Below, one piece after another: positions 56,353 to 64,000 of a stretch of 64,000 bases of DNA. Numbering within the stretch: the stretch's first letter is position 1; each line of letters begins with the position of its first letter. The position numbers and the translations under genes were made by a program. Source of the DNA: the human T2T-CHM13v2.0 reference genome, Homo sapiens; assembly GCF_009914755.1 (NCBI RefSeq), contig NC_060934.1; one strand, written 5' to 3'. The notes beneath the pieces were generated by a model. That model ran no database searches and was not told the DNA's origin. It saw only the letters and a list, made by a program, of their open reading frames with translations.

Positions 56353-58809
56353 TATACACAATATGTATATAATTTTGAGTATCTCTTCATATTAATGTAA
56401 AGTTTTATTTTACACTTCATTTGTGGCTACTTTTTTCCTTTAAATAAAGGCAATGAAACCAGATCAATGAGAGTACTTGAATTAATTCTAGTTGTAGAAA
56501 AGCTTGGATGATACCCTTACAAAGGAAACCCAAATAAAAACCTAACCAATTGAACTTTTGGGTTGTGTTTGGAACTATCTCTTTTCAATGAATTAACATG
56601 TGTTATGTGTTTATGATGACAAATATTAGACTATATTCTTTAAGGCTTATCATCAGCAAAGACTTTCTGGGTTATAGGACTTCTCTTTATGATTTCATCT
56701 TTCCAATTTTTCTGACTTATGCCTGTATTTTCTTTTATCTTTGCCTCCTATAGGTCTGGCTTCTTCTGTCCTCTCATTTCCTGGTCTCCTACTGACTCGC
56801 CTCTTATCTCTATGGCATGTGACCTTGGGCATGTCTTTCAGTGCCTGTCATTCTTCTTATACTTCACTTCCTGTCTCTGCCTTCCCTCCCCCTCCATCTT
56901 ACTACTTCTCAGCATCCTTATATACAGGTGAAATAAAATCACTTAAAATTATCAATTAGATTTCTAGTAGGAAATTGAAAAGTACTATCATCATTTTCTT
57001 TATAATAAAGAATGTGACATGATATTTAAAGAAAATTATTTTTAGAAGTGTTCAATTCCACTTGAACACTACCGGGCAAACACCTAAATTTTCCTTTGTT
57101 CAGGTTGCAAAATGTGAGCATTTCCTAAATTTGCTGTGAACCCTCAGGAATAAAGCAAAAAACAATTTTCAAAATAAAAATGAACAATTTAATAGATTTA
57201 AATATGAATGTTTCCTAAAAAGGATATATTAATAAAGTTCTGTACTAATATATATAAATCCTAAATAAATTTCCATTTCAATACTTCCTTTTGATATTTC
57301 TGTCTTCTCTCTCTTGATATAGAAACAACCTGCATGTATGCAGTTCAGTTCCTTAGGCATATATGATTCATTCATCTTAATTTAGAAAATATCAAGGCCA
57401 TGCCTGGGAGCAGAATTGGGGCATTATTTGTCTTTCGGCAGCGTATTTTTAAAATTGTTATGAATAAGTAAATTGACAAAATCCTTTCTAAGATGTACAG
57501 ACATTTTCAATCAATAATGCACACTATCAGGACATAAAATCTTCCCTAACTTTTTGAGAAATCTTTACGTTTTCTTTAGGGAATAGATTCACACTTAGGT
57601 TTTATCACCTATCCTACACTGACGTTTGGGGGCTGAACTTTTTGAGGTAATGGGTGCCTCTGTACAGCTGCAACCCAGAATGATTCTTTCACTACTATGC
57701 CCTGAGCAAAAACAGTCTTGGGTTACAGGAGTGAATTAGTGCCTTCTCCTGTTTCCTGCACCCTTTATTTCATGACCTTATCCCATGTATAGGGCGAGTA
57801 AGAGTAGTCAGTTCATACTGATCTCAGCAGATAGCGATATAAACAGATACTTGGCTCATAGGGCATAACTTACATTTACTAAGAAAATGCTCAAAACCAT
57901 TCATTGAAGTTTTTCTATACAGACTTTCAGGAATTTTAATGAGTACTTGCTTATAAAATGTTGACAACCTTAATCATAAAGTGGTAAAAACTAATATGCA
58001 ATGTATCAAGGGAACAATACCTCCAACTGTTTTCCCAGAATATACTTTACAAATTACCAAAGCAGATAACTGACCACATTTCCTTTTTAATTTACCTCAC
58101 TAGTTCTTTGAAGTTCTATTCACCATTAGCTCTTTGAATAACTGTTTTAAAACAGATGGGATGAACATCTGGATAACACAACATATATTTTTTTTTATCA
58201 ATTGCCTCACTGATGTGAGGAACATCTCCTCCCACACACACCACCCTGTGCCTCATCTAATGTGTTAACACTTTGGATAATGAGAACAACAGAAGTGGAT
58301 ACTAAATATCTTATTCAAATTAACTCAAATCTGAGTGCAAATGTGGAAGTATCCATGCAATTCACGAACTGCTGCCCCAGACTGTGTTTTTAACAGCAGT
58401 GTTTGATGATGTTGGCACTCTTGATCATTTTCTGTTTTTGAAGTTACTGAGTTCAATGATCCATCCTTTGTGTTTATTTATCAGGACTGTGAACATCACA
58501 AACAATTTGAGATGTTTAGAATTAAATGTTGATTTTAGCTGGCAGAAAAAATGCAAAGTTAGGTAAATTGATGAGCATCATTTTCATGTATATATTATCT
58601 CTTTGTTAACAGTTATCTTTCCCAGACATAATGGAAATGGCTGAGGAGTATGGGTAAACTGAAGTATCTGAGTTCAAATTTATGCATGTTAAGATAGAAT
58701 AATAAACATGCTACTCTTCTGTGCAGAAATTCAATGCCAAACTAATTCATGAAATACTGTACAATACTATACAATACAATATAGTTCAACTATATTGGCT
58801 CGAATCAAT

Positions 58810-59610
<801 letters not shown>

Positions 59611-61264
59611 TCAAAGTGCAAGCTTTGCAGAGGAGCTTTTAATACATAACTGAAATATTATTCATAAGTAATTGGAGTATTCTGGGGAATAGATATTAGT
59701 AAAAGTTAAGGAAATAGAATGACAACAAGTGATAACAACATATATATATGTATATGTATCTCCTAACATTAGTCTAAACATAGAGTCCATACCACTGACA
59801 GCAGGCACTGGACATGGTTAGAGGACCATTCTCCTTACCATAAAGTGAGAACTCAGATATACTCTCCAACTAATTTAACCTTGAATCACATTTTACCTAT
59901 GTATGAGCTATAGCATCATGTCAGAGCATATTAATCATAACCATATAGCAAGAATATTACAGATTAAAATTGTCATAGCTTATTTTTGTCTTATAAGAAA
60001 TGCTAATTAGGGTGAAATTCATGTTATAAAAGTATTTACATATAAATACTTCAAGAAAAAATTTGCTGGAGATATTAGCAGAACATGTCGTACTTAAAAA
60101 AATACAAGAATTTGGTCTAGGCTGGGTTGAATATGTTTAGGAAAACACAGTCTTTTGAAGAAAAAGTAGATTGCAATATCTCAAGTAATAACTAGTGACA
60201 ATGAAGAAAATAAAGTGTTCTTATGAACATAAGAGTTGATATTTGTAACTTTTATGGCATAGCTGATGAATCATTCAGTAAAACCAAATGAAACAAATAC
60301 CTTCAATCTCTCAAATCAAACACCATACTATTGAGATTTTAGCTATAACTTTATGTTTGTCTTGTTTGAAAAAATACTTCAAAACCCCAAAATATTTTTT
60401 GTTAAACCATCTTACATGGTTAAAACATTCCTTTTAGAGTAAATACTTATGAAATTCTTAAGCATTGTAACTTCATCATTCTAAAGGATTAAAATGTTTA
60501 TTTTAAATTGAACATTTATGAAATGCTTAAGCATTTTAGCTAGCCTTTTTTAAAGTGCAATCATAAAAACAATGGTTTTATAATGAAAGAAATATTTCAT
60601 AATTGCATTCATACATTTGAACTGTTTATACATGTGGCAATAAAATGAAATACAATTGTGAAACACATATTTTATATAAAGTATAGTTGCCAATGTTTTT
60701 GTTTTCTTGAAATAATCTTTTTATTCTTTTTCACTTTTAAAGCATAAGTTTGTGTCACAATTTAAATTCATTCTAGAAACTTGCAGTTAATCCCTGATTA
60801 CTTGTCATGATTAGATATTCAGCTAAGGTATACATCACAGACCATCTGTGAGAGGACACTATTTCATTTGTCTTCTGGGTAATAGGGAGGCTCATTTTGA
60901 GGATGAACCCACCCTGCTCTTTTGTGAAAGCAGGAGAGTGCCAGGTGGTTGGTAGAGATAAACACAAAGGGTAATACCGGGGAAAAAGAAACGCAGGGCT
61001 TTCCCAGCAAACCTTTACAATATTGGTGCACTACAACAGGTGGAAAACAGTGAGATGTCATATATGTGTGCAAAGCCAGAACACATTTCACAATTTGTAG
61101 CTCAGATTCCATGAGACACTAAGAATACAGATGTTAGGAAGTTTCAAATTTCAATAAGGGTAGAATGTAATACCACCTTGAAAATACCCTTTCTCAACTG
61201 CATGTACTTATATTGCTAACTGGAGAAAATAACTCTGGAGAGTAATCATGGAACTGTGTGGAGT

Positions 61265-61600
61265 TTATTTGGTTAATGGGACCAAACATACAGTTAGGTA
61301 GAAGAAATAAGTTCTAGAGTTCAATAGCACACTCTAAGGTGACTAGTTACTAATTCATTGTATATGTCAATATAGCTAAAAGAGAATATTTGAAATGTTC
61401 CCAAAACAAATAAATAATAAATCTTTGTGGTGATGGACAACCTAAATATGGTGATTTGATTTTTACGTGTGGTATGCATGTATCAAAATATCACATTTAC
61501 TTTTTATGGATACATAAGAGTTGTACTATATAAATATATATATATATATAGTATATAAATATACTATATAAATATGTACAACTCTTATGTATCCATTAAA
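61265..61600 (+). mobile_element. L1MA-class 3'UTR fragment
   Basis: 'ttggttaatgggaccaaacatacagttaggtagaagaaataagttctag...tttgaaatgttccca...atgcatgtatcaaaatatcacat'. Confidence 0.8.
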
Positions 61601-63244
61601 TGTAAATACATGAATAGATTAACAAATAGAACAAGAAAAAATGATTAGTACAGAATATTTAGCCTTTTTCTAAGTTTCATGAGAAATCTGCAAATTTCCT
61701 AGGGAAACTTATGATAGCCTATTAACATGCAAATATAATGTATTAGATCTAATTTTTAAAAGTAAAAAGGGATTTTTTTAATCGACTCGAAGAAGAAAAA
61801 GATCTTTTACCATGGTTTTCTTGTCCTGGGCTCAACATGTAATGATGAAAGCAAACTAGAATAGAAAGTAAGGCAAAGAAAAATAAATATATATTTTTTT
61901 CAGTGGTCTCTAAATGTCTTATAAACTTTGTTATGTCTCTTGTCTAGCTTTATTCCAGGCACAAACTGATCAAAAATTGGTTCACTGAATGAGCTTGCCA
62001 TATCAGATATAGAAATTTTGAGATTTGCTAATTCAAAGTACAAGAACACAGTAAATAGTAAGAGAATACATGAGCCTGTGAGTATATTAAATTCACTGGC
62101 ATGTTTTTTCATCTATTTCCCTTTAGAATCTATTACAAAACCTAGAGAAATGTGACTCCTATGAACCACTGTTATGCAAAGGTGTGCCAGATTCATTGTG
62201 TTTAGGGTAGAAAATATAGCTGGGAGTAAGAAAATAAAAAATAAAGATTTTAATTCCAAGAATGCCCCAAACTTAAGTAAATGATGTATTACCAAATTTT
62301 TATTGCTGCATAAAATACCTCTTTGTGACAACCCAGTTTACAGGCAATTTCAGTGTTGACTATTAGAGAACTATTAAGCTGAGAAGGTCATGTAGCATAG
62401 GGTAAACCTCATGACCTCATCTGTTAGAACATGTGTTGATACGATAGACCAAGGAAAAAATATGCTCTGAGTAAGAGGTAAGCATGCAGGATCAATTCAA
62501 AATGGTCCCAGATGAAGATGCCTTCTGAGTATATGTCAGGGAAGTGAAGACAATGAATAGTTCCATGCAAGCAATTCAAGTGAGAAAGGGCAATGCGTAA
62601 GGCAAAATAAATGAGATAAGAAGCAACTGTTGCCCTCAAAGAGCCTGGTAAGAGGAAGAATTTTTGTAAGTCTTGCTTATTTTTCATTAGAAAAAAAATT
62701 TAGAGGCAAATCTTTTTATTTAGGCATATTATAAAAATATTTCTGTATCCTAACTATGAATGAGAAAATAAGCATAAACTCAAATTATAAAAAGATCCAA
62801 CAGGCAAAAAGCTATGACATACAACATTTGTTTGAGGTTGATACTTGAAAAGAAATTACCCACAAGTTGTGGAGAAAATAAATAGAAATCTGTTTTTCTC
62901 CACTGCTTTAAGAATCTATACTAATTTCAACTCTCTTAGACAAAATTTCACATAGGCCACGTGCATAAATATTTTTATGTTGCCATTATACCTTATATGG
63001 CAAGTAATTCCTGTATCCATACTAACTTTACTCTGTTGAGCTAAATACCTTTTTAGCAAAAAATAGAATGTATCAAAATCGTAAATGCTGACATTTATTG
63101 GGAAAATGGAATAAATTACATGCGCTATAATTCTCAAACCTGTTTAGTGCAAAATATCTTAAAAGATGAAAAAAGTTCAGAGAGAGCAATCACAAATGGA
63201 TAGAAAGGAAAATTCAAAATGATGTCAAGAAAAAACTGGAATAT

Positions 63245-63358
63245 TAGCTCCAGGAGAGCAAAAACTTTTGTCTTTTATTTTTTAAACTACTCTCACCCTG
63301 GTACCCAGAATTTTGTTTGGACATAGTAAGCACTCAATAGATTTAGTGAATGAGTAAA
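63245..63358 (+). mobile_element. L2 3' terminal fragment
   Basis: 'agctccaggagagcaaaaacttttgtc...ggacatagtaagcactcaatagatttagtgaatgagtaaa'. Confidence 0.65.
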
Positions 63359-63399
63359 CACATTTTAAAACATCAAAAGTATTACCTGTATTACAGTGA

Positions 63400-63590
63400 A
63401 AAATACCTAATGACCTTCTACAATGTGCCATTCTTTATGCAAAGTACTTTATATATAACAGCCTGTATAATCACTGTTAAAACCACAGAGAAAGATAATC
63501 ATTTATTGATGAGAAATTAGAAGTTCAGATCTATTAAGAAAGTCATCCAAAGCCATGCTGACTTCAAAGTACAGACTCTTTACTTTAGGA
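63400..63590 (-). mobile_element. MIR SINE fragment
   Basis: 'catttattgatgagaaattagaagttcagatctattaagaaagtcatccaaagcca...tgacttcaaagtacagactcttta'. Confidence 0.6.
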
Positions 63591-64000
63591 CATGGCATAA
63601 CCTCCAGAGGGTAATGATATTGAGAAAGCTTTGCCATTGGAAACACAATTTCATAGACAAGAAGAGAAGGTTATGTTCACATTACTTTTCATGCTTCACA
63701 TGGCAATAACATTCTGATCTTTAATGTTAGGATTTATAACTTTACACTAAATACTCCATGATCTGTTGTCTAAATGGTAACACCAAGAATCATCACTTTT
63801 CCTCTGTAATAAGATGTGCAGTGTCTTTGTGTGAAATATAGCTATATACATTGTATATCTTCTAGTTGAGAAAATTAATCATGCAATGTATCTGGAATAA
63901 GAAAAAAATACAGCAACAATAAAAATAGGACAATAAAATGAGTAATACGTTTAAATTTCTATTGCCAGAAAAATTGTTCAAAATAGAACTTATGAAAGAG

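Noticed and set aside
61900-62331. Adjacent minus-strand 70- and 72-aa ORFs
   Set aside because: Lengths are expected by chance, splice signals are weak and there is no motif.

Overview
AT-rich primate (very probably human) genomic DNA dominated by interspersed repeats. About 40% is LINE-1: two L1PA15/16-type copies, a rearranged near-full-length L1PB3/4 with nested insertions, L1MA and L1MC/D copies, and three younger 5'-inverted L1PA insertions. It also holds nine full or near-full Alus plus one monomer, MaLR/ERVL solo LTRs, hAT and Tigger DNA-transposon remnants, MIR/L2 fragments and microsatellites. I recognise no protein-coding gene, RNA gene, CpG island or CRISPR array; the longer ORFs are L1 ORF2 or Alu read-through. 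Ten of eleven L1 segments lie on the + strand, which would fit an intron of a gene transcribed on the - strand, and a few unproven exon-like segments are flagged. The most notable sequence-level signals are: (i) an L1PA8-type insertion with both a twin-priming inversion and a short 3' transduction; (ii) five separate locally templated inverted (fold-back) duplications; (iii) a ~112-bp monomer array in the L1PB 5'UTR; (iv) a perfect 50-bp tandem duplication. I see no convincing evidence for a new biological system. Subfamily names come from recalled consensus features, and boundaries of old repeats are approximate.
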